Shown piece after piece: positions 13,075-25,799 of a stretch of 64,000 nucleotides of DNA (the stretch's first letter is position 1; every line of letters starts with the position of its first letter). The translations under genes and the position numbers were made by a program. The notes beneath the pieces were generated by a model. The model ran no database searches. It had not been told where the DNA came from and was given only the letters and a program-made list of their open reading frames with translations. Where the stretch lies: the NCBI GenBank assembly GCA_013265495.1, contig MU058844.1:7191260-7255259 (forward strand), in the 5' to 3' direction. The DNA is from Vicugna vicugna (lineage: Eukaryota).

Positions 13075-13482
13075 GGGGACTATTTTATAATATATGAAAA
13101 TACCAAGTCACTATGTTGAGCACCAGGAACTAACAGTGTTGTAGGTCAATTATGCTTCAAAAAACAAACAAACAAACTCATAGAAAAAAAGATCAGATTT
13201 GTGGTTACCAGAGGCAAAGAGTAGGGGAGAGGGAATTGGAAAGAGATAGTCAAAAGTTACTTCCAGCTTTAAGATAAATAAGCACCAGGGATGTAATGTA
13301 TAACATGATGAATACAATTAACACTGTTGTATGTTAATATGAATGTTGTTAAGAGAGCAAATCCTAAGAGTTCTCATCACAAAGGAAAACTGTTTTTTCT
13401 TTTGCTTTGTATGTATAAGAGATTTGATGGATATTCACTAAATTTATTGTGATGATCATGTCATGATATAAGTATGTCAGTG
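13075..13482 (+). mobile_element. L1 3' UTR fragment (L1MA9-related)
   Basis: gatcagatttgtggttaccagaggc...ggggagagggaattgg...aaataagcaccagggatgtaatgtataacatg...aatcctaagagttctcatcac. Confidence 0.8.
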
Positions 13483-14484
13483 AAACTGGAAGAAAACATA
13501 TAGAAACATTTTAGAAACACTTTAATAATACTTTTCAGTCTTCGTGAACAAAAAGTTAAATATGAAAAAGTAAGAAATATATGTTTAAAATGGACATTAT
13601 AAAACTTTGGCAAATGTGTGTGCAAGTATAACACAAACTTAGTGGAGAAAATATTATTAAGAGTCACTATGAGTTCACTGTACCAAACTCCTCATGATTG
13701 TTTTTTCTATTTTAAAAAATCTATTTTTTCACACTCCTACTGTGAACCATAATAGAGTGGTAGTTTATGTTTCACAGTTTTTGTTTCTGACTTCAAGTTT
13801 TTCTCATAGCTTTGTCCTACAGAGATTACCATACCCTCTAGAAATTGAGGTTGACACGTGTCCCATTTTAGCCTCCAGTGTTTCTTTACTATCACAGATA
13901 ATGTCAGTGACATTAAACTGATCCTTGCTATTCTACTCCAGCATTACTTTGCTGAGTTATAAAAAATGATTCTTCACTTACTAAGTTAAAAAAATATTTA
14001 AGAGTTATGAGTATAAATTGACCAGAGATCTCTAAAACTTTGCCCTTCTCCCGGTGCAAATTTGTAACAAATGATCTATAAAATGCATCTATAAGGGGGA
14101 TGGAGTATCAATATTCAAAATAAGGAATGAGAATATTTGCTAGATACAGATTTAAGTAAACTACGGAAGACTCATGGTTTCCAGTCTGTAGTTCTCTCCT
14201 CCCACCCAATAGAGGACAACATGCAAATTAAGTAATTGACAGACATCCCATAAAGCGCAAAGTAAGAAAATGTTGACTCATTTTTGGCAATACTATTATA
14301 GATAAAAGAACACCTATGCAAATACTATATAGCAAGAGAGATAAAAACATGGTGAAGGGCTTTCAAAAATTCTGGTTGAATTTTTGATTAACTGTCTTGG
14401 AACCAATTACTAACAAGGATCGTTATGACTTTCTTCTGGCTTAATGATGCCTTTGCCATGAGAAGCAAGCATTGTCTTATATAC

Positions 14485-14600
14485 TAGTGGATAAAGAAGA
14501 TAAAGCATTGGTTATGAATCCAGGCAAGTCTAGGTTCAATTCCTAGCTCTGTGACACTGCTCAAGTCATTTGCCTCAATTTCTTAATGCACTCTCATAAA
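14485..14600 (+). mobile_element. MIR SINE
   Basis: gtctaggttcaattcctagctctgtgacactgctcaagtcatttgcctcaatttctt. Confidence 0.7.
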
Positions 14601-14614
14601 TGTAGAAAACAATG

Positions 14615-15752
14615 TGGGAAACAAAAGCAAAAATTTTTTAAATAGGACTGCATCAAACTAAAAAATTTGCACATTGAAGGAAACTACCAACAAAATGAAA
14701 AGCCCACTAAATGGGAGAAGATACTTGCAAATCATATTTCCAATGATGGGTTAATATCCAAAATATACAAAGAACTCATACAACTTAACATAAAAAATAA
14801 ATCCACAATTAAAAGATGAGCAGAGAACCTGAATAGACATTTACCCAAAGAAGACATGGAGATGCCCAACAGACATCTAAAAGATGCTCAACATTCCCAA
14901 TCATCAGAGAAATGCAAATCAAAACCACAGTGAGATACCACCTCACACCTGTCAGAATGGCTGTCATTAAAAAGACACCAAATAACAAGAGTTGGCAAGG
15001 ATGTGGAGTAAAGGGAACTCTCATGCACTATTGGTGGGACTGTAAATTGGTACAGCCCCTATGGAAAACAATGTGGAAGTTACTGTAAAAATTCAAAATA
15101 GAACTCCCATGCAATCCAGAAATTCCACTTCTGTGTATTTATCTAAAGAAAACAAAAACACTAATTAGAAAAGACAAATGCACATCAATGTTCATTGTGG
15201 CATTATTTATAATAGCCAATATATGAAAGCAACTTAAGTGCCCATGAATAGATGAATGGAGAAATTAAATACTGTATATATAAACAGTAGAATACTGGTC
15301 AGCCATTAAAAATGAAATATTATCATTTGTGACAATATGGATGGATTAAAGGGTATCATGCTAAGTAAATATGTCAGACATAGAAAGACAAATACCTTTT
15401 GATCTCACTTACAGGTAAGATCTAAAAAAATAAAACAAATAAAACAAAATGCAAGCAGACACATAGTTACAGAGAACAAATAGCTGGTTGCCAGAGGGGA
15501 GGGGTGTTGGAGGGATAGAGTAGATATTGGGGATTAAGAGGTGCAAACTTCCATTTATAAAATAAATAAGCCATGGAGATGTAATATACAGCATAGGAAA
15601 TATCATCAATAATAATGAAATAGCTTTGTATGGGAACAGAGGATTTTCAGACTTACTCTGGTGATGATTTCATAATGTACTTAAATGTCAAATCACTATG
15701 TAGTACATCTGAAACCAGCATAATATTGTATGTAAATTTTATTTCAACAAAG
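14615..15752 (+). mobile_element. L1 ORF2 C-terminus plus 3' UTR, 5'-truncated and disabled
   Basis: Classic L1 ORF2 3' motifs: catcaaactaaaaa, atgggagaagatacttgcaaatcat, aaatgcaaatcaaaaccacagtgagataccacctcacacctgtcagaatggct, G-rich 3'UTR tract. Frameshifts and stops are present. Confidence 0.95.
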
Positions 15753-15817
15753 ATGTTATGACTTCAGTTTAAAAGTACATATGTTAAAATAATTAGATTA
15801 ATTTTGTGTATCCTTAG

Positions 15818-16036
15818 ATCACTGTTTTTCAGCTTTTGGACAATTAACAATTTGGGTCAAATAATTATTTGTTGTGGGTTGCACTGTTTATTATTGGATG
15901 TTTAGCAGCATCCATGGCCTCTACCCACTAGACATCAGTAGCACTCATCCTCCCCAGTGGTAACAACCACAGTATCTCTAAGCATTGCTAAATGTCCTTT
16001 GAGCAGCACAGTTGCCCCTCATTGAGAGTCAAGAAC
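15818..16036 (-). mobile_element. MER20-like hAT-Charlie non-autonomous DNA transposon
   Basis: ggatgtttagcagcatccatggcctctacccactagacatcagtagca and cattgctaaatgtcc are the reverse complement of MER20 core motifs. Confidence 0.9.
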
Positions 16037-17147
16037 TGAGATCAGTGTTTAGGAAATACAAAAGACAGATATCAGGTGAAAAGATTGGAAATCTCTTTCT
16101 TCTGAAATTTACATGCATGGTGTTTTATAATAACAGGATTACAGTTGAAAGTTGCTATGAATTTATTCAGTACAACTTCTAATTTGATAATGAAATCCCC
16201 TGTACATACAGCCCACAGATGTTATATCCCAACTCATTCTTGAAAAAATTTGGCACATAGGCTAGTTTTTTTTTCTACTTTTCCTGCAAATCTAGAAGTT
16301 GGCTAACAATTGGAATAACTGAACAATGGAAGTGTTTGACTCATGTAGGCTTGTATTGGAAACATGCAGAGAATCTGAGTGGACATCTCAGTGGCAGGTT
16401 GGATGTAAGGCATTCCGGCATTAAATAAAATGACAGAAAATCTCTAACAACAGTAATTTTGCACATCTAATAAAAGTGATTTTATTGCTTACATATGCAA
16501 TTATTAAACAGCCAAACTGTTGCCTACCATTCCATATGAAGCCAGTTCACATGAAGATGTTGCAAGCCACTTCCATATGAAGATGTTGAGTCCCCTTGCT
16601 GACTTCACTCAGCCTGGATGGCACCTTTCACTTGACAGGCGACTTGCCATGACTCACTCAGCACTTCCATAAGTTCAATAAATACAAAGTGAAAATTGGT
16701 AAGAAAGAAAGTGTTCGTATGGTCTCCAGATGCAATTTTGCTACTATAGAACCACTAATATAATCCAGGTTCAGCCAATTTAACCTGGAAGACACCCAGA
16801 CAATATGGAAACATTGACTCTGTTAACAGGTAAAATCAGCTCAGAGCCTCTGAAACCATACCACACACACAAAGTTTCTGCTTAACAGATATCATTGATT
16901 TTACTATTATGTTCTTAGAGATTCTGAGATCACATGAGCTCTAGTTTTCTTGCCAATATTATTTTCAGCAAGTTCCATGATCCATCATAGTTAAACATGG
17001 GGAACTTATCAAGTAGCTGCCATAAACCCGTCAAAGTCTAATTCGACAGTAGTCTCCAATGTCATTCATTCAGTCATGTATGCACTTACTGGTCACAGGA
17101 TTTTGTGTATAAATTCTCCTGTGGGTAATCTTTACCATCATGTTATT

Positions 17148-17258
17148 TGTAGATATAGATACAAATATATAGATATAGATACATAATTCTATATATTCCT
17201 ACAGATACTGATCTTTAGGTAGATGATGGATGGATGGATAGATAGATGATAGACAGAC
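17148..17258. repeat. Degenerate (GATA)/(GATG)/(TA) simple repeat
   Basis: agatatagatacaaatatatagatatagat...agatgatggatggatggatagatagatgatagacagac. Confidence 0.8.
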
Positions 17259-18469
17259 TTAGAAAGATGTGAGAAATAGATTGAAAAGGAGAATCAGGGA
17301 AATACATTTTGGAAAAATAGAAAAATTTGATGTTTTTGTTTGTTGTGTTTCAAATGGGAGTTATTGAGCAATGAAAGAACATGTCATGAAAATTAATGGC
17401 CTGCCCACTAAGACTCTGGCAGGATTAATTGGTCCAAGATGTGATAAAAGGGATGGTTTGAAAAAAATTTTCTTCAGTGGAAACCGACTAATGAAAACAA
17501 ACCAAAAAGTGAGGGCTGCTTTGCAAATAATTTGGTAAATGATTGGCATTTGCTATCTTTGTCCAGGTAATTAAGATGGGAGTGTCTAAAGCTATATGAC
17601 AAAATGGCAGCAAAGAAATGTGTGATTTTTTAATTTTTTAATATTTTATGTAATGTGAACAGAATGATGTAAAAATCTCAAGCATTATCATATCTGATTT
17701 TGCAACATCAGGATGTATTAAGTATTCTTTTGGTTAATTTTTTAAAATTGATTTTTATTTTTCCATGAAACTACCTTGTACAGTCTTACATGTCTTCTAG
17801 TTACAGGGGCCTCTCCATCCTGCTTTGTATAATGAATTCTTATGCTCCCTCAATTTTTCTCAATGCAAATAGACCAAAATTAAAATTATTTATCTAATAG
17901 ATGTATTCATGAGTAGTACACTCTGTTTTAGTAAACCATGTATACACACTATAAACTAGATTAATGAAAAGAAACTCCGTTTTAAAAATGAGAACAAGAG
18001 GCTTTCAAACTGTTTAACTCACATGAAAAATGGTAAGCCCTTTTCTCTCTTTTATGTTCTGTGGTCACTCATTGAAAGTTGATTCCAGGAGATGAGTACT
18101 GCTGAGTACCAGAGGTATCAAGTGTGTGGATGGAATAGAATAAATAAATTACTATTACAGGGAGGCAGTTCAAAATGTCTGGTTACTATGGATATTGCGT
18201 TTTCTTAAATGAACACTACACTGTTTTCCTCATAAGATAGGAAGGCTCATCATGTGAATATACTTCAGAGAGTACCATAAAGTCACCTACTGGTTAATCT
18301 ATATGAAAACTCTGTGTGATGGTTGAATATTTCTAGAGTTGTCATGGAGAAGCTGAGAGGCAGACAGAAAAACAATGCCAGAGTAAAAATTGTATGTTTA
18401 ATGTTTTGTATTCCTGAATGTGCTCAGAACACTTCTCTGATTTTTCTAATACAATTATTTATATTAATA

Positions 18470-18650
18470 AAGGTAATCAATATACCAGGCACATTGCATA
18501 TACATCTCATGTATTCTTCCTAAAAATACAGAAAAATATTTATTATCAATATTTTAAATGAATTGAACCTGTCCACAAGCTAATGTAGAGCTAATTTCAA
18601 ATACAACTCCCTTAAACTACAAATTTCAGGTTCTTTCCAAAATACTAGAT
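18470..18650 (-). mobile_element. Degenerate MIR
   Basis: tataccaggcacattgcatatacatctcatgtattctt...acctgtccacaagctaatgtagagct...gttctttccaaaatac. Confidence 0.5.
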
Positions 18651-18804
18651 ACCTTTCATTATGTATTGAAAAAGTGCAGTTTTGTGCATCAGATTACATA
18701 AAATATATCAATAGTATTAATCTTTGATAAAATTTCTGAAAGTTACCACACAGTATCTTGAACATACTGGAATGATTTGTCTATTGTCTATCTCTCTCTC
18801 TCTC

Positions 18805-18844
18805 TCAGAACAATGACAAATATATATATTTGTCATTGTTCTGA
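18805..18844. repeat. Perfect 40-bp palindrome next to a (CT)n run
   Basis: tcagaacaatgacaaatatatatatttgtcattgttctga equals its own reverse complement (checked base by base). Confidence 0.97.
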
Positions 18845-20089
18845 ATAGTAGAAATGGGAAGAATTAGAAATATGAAGCCATTATCATTAGTATTATTTCT
18901 GTCCTTAAGTAAGGAGATACATATCATCTCTATATTATCATAATCAAATTATTTTAAAATAGATTTCTAACTCACAGTTTCTTCAGAATGTATTTGAGCA
19001 AGTGGAAGTAATAAAAAATATAAAAAATAACTTTTTTGGAAAAATAAAAAATAATTGATAAAAATCAATGAGAATAATATTAACCTCATGACCTGGCATT
19101 GTTACTTTTTCAAGTAAGTTTTCTCTTTAAACAGAATTTTAGGGTTTATAAATCTTTAAGTTTCATTATTTTATATAAGGAAACTAAACATTGTCAGGGA
19201 TTTGGGGGATTACAAACTTACTGACAGAAACAAAGAACTGTGACTGAACTGGAGTTTAGATAAAAAGTTAACTTTTAAGTTCCTACAAGAAGGAAAACCA
19301 AACCAAAAGTGATGGCAAAGACTTTTCCCTTGTCATTGAAAATATGAATTATTGTTTTCCAAGGGGGAAGGTAAAATGTTACTGTGGCTTACAAAACTGA
19401 GAACTTTTATGAAAACATGATTTCACCCTAGAATATTTACTTAGATTTGAGTAATATCTATCTATAATTCATATTCATCTAACTTTGTAATTTCAGTTGC
19501 AGAGTATCACTTTACCTTGGTAACTGCTATTCTTAACACCACAAATTCTTTTCATATAGAGATGTTGTTACAGTTAGGAATAATTTTGATTTCTTAAAAT
19601 TGTTTTAGGAGTTTTCACCAGCTGAGTCTTACTGCAATCTCCCAAGCTTTTCCACTTTTTCCTTTTTGATTGATAGTTTAATGAAATTAAGACTGAAAGT
19701 TAGGAAGGCTTATCATAGTATTTCAGTATTATATTCATAGTCTCTGAAACTAGAAGCTATGGTATTGATGAATCTAAAGGCAAATTAACAGCCCAATTCC
19801 CAAGAGTCAATATTGACAAGATCAAGTATACTGGCTCTGGCAGCTATAGCAGCAGCATAACAGATGTGCTCAATTATCAAACTCTGTGGTCTACTCCCAA
19901 ATGAACTTGTGCTTGGTGAAATGTGAATGATCATCTCAACACTTTAGCCAGCAGACATAAGGAATATGCTTTTCAGGAAAAAGCAAAATAAAGAAAGCAA
20001 AATAATAGTAAGTATCAACTTCAATAACAGAATAGATTCTGTTAATCTATTCATAAATTTTTGTAAACATGGCAAATTTTAATGACAAA

Positions 20090-21055
20090 TGAAAAAGGAA
20101 GAAAATGGAACTCATAATCAAAACAAATAAATCTAGAGCCAGTGATGACTCAGACAATTGAATTAGCAGATCATCATCTAGAATAAAATGTGAAAATAAT
20201 GACCGAACAGATAGAGAATAGCTTCAGAGAACTGAAAATGAATTTATAATGATAATTATATGTAACTACGCATTTGTTCGGACTCATAGAATTTACAGCA
20301 CCAAGCGTGAACCCTAAGGTAAACTATAGAATTTGGCTGATTATGATATATCAATGTAAGTTCATCCTTGGTAAAAACCAAAAAGCAAACAACAAACAAA
20401 CAAACAAAAAAAACTGTGCCATTCTGGTGAGTATGTTGATAATGGGGAAAACTATATAATGTGTGGAGGCAGTAGATATATGGGGAATCTCTGCATCTCA
20501 ATTTTGTTGTAAACCTAAAGGTGCTTCTTTAAAAAGTCTTTAAAAAACAAACACATAACACGTCGAAAATCAAATTAAAATCCTAGAACTGAATAATTTG
20601 GGACTAAGGATTACTGAATTTAAACAGTTGTAAATGACTTGAAGTCTAACATACAGTTCATTCTAGAACAAATGTAAGAAAATAGAACAGGATAACGATA
20701 TTAAAAAAAATGGTCATAGTCTTCCATAAAAATCTCTCAATCTGCATATCATAGGACTGCAGAAAATCCCAAGCAGGGTAAATATGATAAAATGACCCTA
20801 GACATTTTGAAGTAATTGCTGAAAGCCAAAAATAAACAGGAAAATCATGAAAGCTGCCAGAAATTAAAGACTTTTAACAGATGGGGAACAATTATAAGAA
20901 TGATACCTGAATTCTTGTCAGGAGTAGTGCATACTGGAAGATAGTGGAAGGCATTTTTAAAGTAGTTTGAAAAAATAAAACAAATCAAAAGAAAACACTG
21001 TCTAACTTAGAATTTCTAACCAAGCTAAAAAGTACTTCAGAAAACAAGATAAGAT
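20090..21055 (+). mobile_element. Old L1 ORF1-region fragment, interrupted by an L1MC-like 3' end
   Basis: ORF1-like motifs: aaaatcccaagcagggtaaat...ccctagacattttgaagtaattgctgaaagccaaaaataaacaggaaaatcatgaaagctgccaga...gatagtggaaggcatttttaaagt...cttagaatttctaaccaagctaaa. Confidence 0.7.
20255..20555 (+). mobile_element. L1MC-like 3' end
   Basis: actcatagaatttacagcaccaagcgtgaaccctaaggtaaactatag...gttgataatggggaaaact...tatatggggaatctctgcatctcaattttgttgtaaacctaaa followed by an A-rich end. Confidence 0.85.
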
Positions 21056-21345
21056 TCATGTCTGACTGGTGGGCTGATCTTTTATCATTATTCAGTGTCC
21101 CTCTATTCTAGTAATTTCCTTTTCTCTAATGTCTATTTTATCAGATATTAGTATAGCCACTTATTTTTTAAATTAATGTTTTCATGGTATATCTTTTCCC
21201 ATGTTTTTCCTTTCAACATACCGATGTTGTTGAATATGAGGTATATCATTCATATTCACATAGTTGGATAATTTTTAATCTACTTTGTCAATCTCTCTTT
21301 TTGAATGATATTTAGATTAAATGGCACCACTTAATATTGATATAA
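21056..21345 (-). mobile_element. L1 ORF2 endonuclease-region fragment in inverted orientation
   Basis: gatcttttatcattattcagtgtccctct...gtctattttatcagatattagtatagccact...catggtatatcttttcccat is typical L1 ORF2 N-terminal antisense sequence. Confidence 0.75.
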
Positions 21346-21349
21346 GTGT

Positions 21350-21500
21350 TAGTTATTTCTGTAGGTTGACAGATAAAAGAAATTATATGCAAAAAATTCA
21401 GTGACTCACCCAAAATGATACAGACAGGATCAAAATTAGAATATGATCAATACCTTCTGACTCGACTCCAAGTGAAACAATTTCTAGTTTCTTCTTACAC
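21350..21500 (-). mobile_element. Degenerate MIR
   Basis: ttgacagataaaagaaatt...cagtgactcacccaaaatgatacag...ttctgactcgactccaag. Confidence 0.5.
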
Positions 21501-22675
21501 ATAATACTTAATACTAGTAAGAATATACATTAATATAAATTTTATTAATTCTAAGGATTCTACACATAGTTAATAGTCAGCTCTTCTCACACTAGTATAT
21601 AAGCACAGTTTGAAGTCAAGACCAACAGTTTTTGAGTCGTCTTTAAGGGTATAAAAATTAATTTTTGTATAATTCTAGATACTACTTTCACATCAGTCTT
21701 ACAGAGACTGACATGTTCTTTGAGTACAAACACTTTCTAAGGGTTACTTAAATTAGTGTTTCTGAACACTACTATGTATAGGATGTAGGTGATTCTTTTC
21801 AATTTCCAGAAACAAGTCACTGTAATTTTAATACCTTTTTCAAACATGTACTTTTATTATTACTTTAACTGATTTTTGAGTCCCATAGTAATTGCAGTAA
21901 GACTTTTAAAACCATCCATAATCTTTTACCTTAGCTTTTAGAGTTTCCTACCACAAGTTAACAACACATATCAGGTGTGTAAGAGCAATAACACAACAGT
22001 CACACAACCACAAGAAAGCATAATCAGATTATTTTTTATAATTATACAAATCATATGTCCTGTGCAGTAAACATAAAGTGAAGTACATAAAACAATCCTA
22101 TTAGAGACATAATGACAAATGTAAATGATGATGTATTTACATTGAAGATAAAATACTTTGAAATGGCCTGCAGTCCTGTGTTAATTTTCTGAGTTAAAAC
22201 TATACTAATATAATTAATATAGACATTTAGACCCTCTAAATGTTAAATGTGGCCACCATTGGGGGAAAAATCTTACATCTACCCATAATAGTAGCATAAT
22301 TTAGAAAATGAATGATAACAATTAAAATTTTGCAAATTGGATAAGCTCTATTATTTGATAATAAATTTATTTAACTGTACAAACCCACTTGGTACAAACG
22401 TTTTAACTGAAGAACTTGGACATTTAAATTTTTTAAATATTTATTTCTGTAAAAAATATACAATAATTTTCCTTAGTAAGAATGCATAATGAGAATAATT
22501 ATACATATATAGCGTGGCTATACATCTCCTCTTTGGAAAGTATATGGAACAGTTTTGAAAATAAACAGAATACCTGTGAGTTACCATAATTAGAAATTAG
22601 AAACACTAACATTTAAGACTTTTCCTGAAAGATATAAAATGTTTTGTTAACAAATGGCTTACTGGATTAGAAAAG

Positions 22676-23002
22676 AGAGGCTACCTAATGTAGTGGTTAG
22701 AGGTTCAATTTCGGGAATCGGATAGCCTGAGTTCAAGTAATTGCTCTTCTACTCACTAAGTCTGTGACCTTGGATTACTTACTTCATTTTCCTGTGTTGT
22801 TTCCTCATCTGTGATATACGTTTAAAATTACAGAATCATTTCTGTGTTATTTCTATATTCCATTTCAATTTCTATATTCTAAATCATAGTACAATAATGT
22901 CTAACATATCTCACAAGGCTATTGGAGCATTTCTGGAGATAATACACATATTCACTTAGCCTGCTTCTTGTGGTTTGTAAGCTCTATATAGTTAGCTGCT
23001 GT
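22676..23002 (+). mobile_element. MIR SINE with a small internal insertion
   Basis: tgtagtggttagagg...gcctgagttcaagtaattgctcttctactcactaagtctgtgaccttgga...gtttcctcatctgtga...ctcacaaggctattggagcatt. Confidence 0.85.
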
Positions 23003-25561
23003 GGTAATTTTTAAAGCAATTTTAAATGTCTTTGCCTGCATTTGCCAAATACTATATAGTTTATTGCCCTCTGTGTTGATGATTCAGAAATTCACATTAT
23101 GTTACTTTGGGTGTGCGTGTACATGTGTGTACACTTTCAAAAATAACACTTCAAAGGTTTGAGAAATCGTTGAGATTTTACTGAAAGCTGAACGTAAGAA
23201 ACATGAGTGGCCTGATGACCCGAAATACCCCTGTTTTTTCCACGTATCAACCTACCCTTTGGTGAATTGTAAAGGTTTGATTTCATCCAGGCAGTTCTAT
23301 GCACCATGAGTTTTGTCAGTATTCTTGCTGTTAGGATTCTGGACATTGGCCAAGCTATAAAAATAGTTTAGACATGACTGAAGTGATGGAGTCACTCATG
23401 GGGAATAACCCTGTTATCCTCTGTTCTTAAAATGGGAGGTTGCAAAATCAGTCAAATAACTCAGAGAGGGAAGTTGGCCCCCTCTTCATTAAAAGAAAAA
23501 AAAATCAGAAATAAAAGTTAGCCTGACTTCTGGGAATATGAGCCATTTGTATTTGCAGTTAGATGTAAATAATGGAACTTTTCATTTCCTAGAACTTGAG
23601 TGTTTTGAACTAAGGAAAGTTAAGAATCATTTAAAAAAAAAAAGGTCACAACGTAAAAATTATTTTTAAAAATTAATAAAAGTAAATCTTTGTTGAATTC
23701 TTCTTTTGAATTCTTGCCTATGAGTATACTATTGCATTCACTTTGTTTCTCTTTAAGTTTCATCCATTCATTAGGATAATCATACCTCGTTTTTTTTTTT
23801 GCATCTTCATGTAATTTTTGCAATCTGATGAGCATTTTTAAGGAGATTATTTTAATATGAAAATTAAAGTATTTTTTTCTGTATAGGTGCTATTATAACT
23901 ACTGCAGTTACATTGGAGTGTATTTAATATGGGAATTATTTTAAGCAGGTAACTGCAGTGCTCTTCTATCTCTATATAGCAGCCAGATTTGAAGCTATTT
24001 TCTAAATGCACAGTTTCAGTGCATCATTTATAGAAAGCTATAACAATTCTCATGTGAAAGATCACCACAGAGACAATTTAATTATGTATTGTGAGAGTCC
24101 TTGTCACTTAAGCATGGATAGGGATATCACAGCCTTTAATTAAGTTGGCCCCTATACTCCCTTGCCATCTTATCTTTCTGAGTCAGCCAAATTGCTAAGT
24201 ATACTATGCTTAACCATGCCAACTGATAAAATAATCTAACTATTGTTCTAGTAATTACACTTATATTTCATATGAATTTACCTGAATCACAGTTTTTAGA
24301 AGGTAAGAACTCTAGCCACATACAGGAAAAATTCCCTAAATGTCAATCAGTAATGGTGCTCAGAGTTATTATAAAGCAGTTTTCTTCATAGGACTTAACA
24401 AGAAATTGCTTTATTCAAATAATTATATTTGTTTTTCTTCTCCAAATAAAAAGTACCATTTTATCCTCATTCAGTATTTAGTCAACAAATACATCCTACA
24501 CCTTGAATAGCTAATCCCCATGAAACCACTGACAACTCCCATTTGTCTATTTTGATGCCTCTGATTTTTTTCTTCCTGCCTCAGATTTCAAGAGGTCATA
24601 ATGGACATTTGCTTTACAGCCCCTGAGGGGGTTCTTCACAGCTCTGTTTGCCTGCCTTCTAGTCAAAATGCTTAAAGAATTTGGGGCTGAAAAACCATTC
24701 TCTTTCATTAAGGCCCAAGCAACCTTCTTTTTACACAAACTGTAGTTGCTCAAAACAGTTGGCTGAATTGAAACAAAAAGGCTTTTCAAAATGCATTCTG
24801 GACGTCAAGAAAACAATTAGTAAAACAAGATAATTGCCAAATTTAATTTCATCCCTTTGTAAGAGTCACCTCATTAAAATGTTTGTGAATAATTTCCATA
24901 GAGTGTTGACAATAAACCACTTCTATTAATTGTACACGGCTTATCTAGAAGGAATAAAAGCCAGTGAGTCCCCAAAGAATCACATGATTAAACTGAGAGC
25001 TGCCATGTCTAATTATGATTATTATCACAACAACCACTTTGAAAGAATGTATTTTAAATATTGTTTGTCCCATCAGACTGAAAGGGATTTTTAAACAAAA
25101 TTTAACAAGTAAATTGCATTCTGTAGAATATAGTTACTAAACATCTTAGGAGGTATTTATGTTTCATTATTTTAGAACTTCAGAGGAGTCTCAAGAATGT
25201 ATCACAGGATAGTCAAGAGCAACTGTTAAAAAATATGAGATCTAATATCATAACAAAAAAAAACATAATGTTAGAGGCCTGGCTTTTTTAATGAGAAAAA
25301 AAATCTAAACTTTCAGTAATAGGAAAACTTGAAATTCCTAGGATGCTTTTATTATAGTTTTGGGATTTGTGTTTGTATTGTATACGTCTCACGGGACAGA
25401 AATTACGGATGTGGTTTATAGAGTAGACTAAGTAAATGATCTCTTATTTTTAGTTTTGTGTTTAACCTTTGATCAGTTTTTTTTAAACAAAATGTAGAAA
25501 TTAGACTTTTAGAACCAAGTCTTTTTCATGCACTTTTTATTAGGGAATGTTTTAATCATGA

Positions 25562-25652
25562 ACAAAAATAGAGGCACTTTCACTCTCACAAAATAGAGGG
25601 GCTTTCACTTTCACTTTTCACTTTCATGACTTTCACTTTCACACTTTTCACT
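25562..25652. repeat. Short duplication plus (CTTTCA)n imperfect hexamer array
   Basis: acaaaa(a)tagagg occurs twice, followed by ctttcactttcacttttcactttcatgactttcactttcacacttttcac. Confidence 0.9.
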
Positions 25653-25799
25653 GATAGGAAGCCATCTCCTACCTTAAATCTTTTTTTATTTGTATACCTA
25701 TCCCCTTTTCTCTCCCCAGATACTATATTAATGAGAGTCATAGTCATCATTTCATTTCATCTGTGATTCTTTGGTACATGCAGAGCATTTTATATTCCA

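Noticed and set aside
14809..15024. [18 protein letters not shown]...
   Set aside because: It is the familiar antisense translation of the L1 ORF2 3' end, not a gene.
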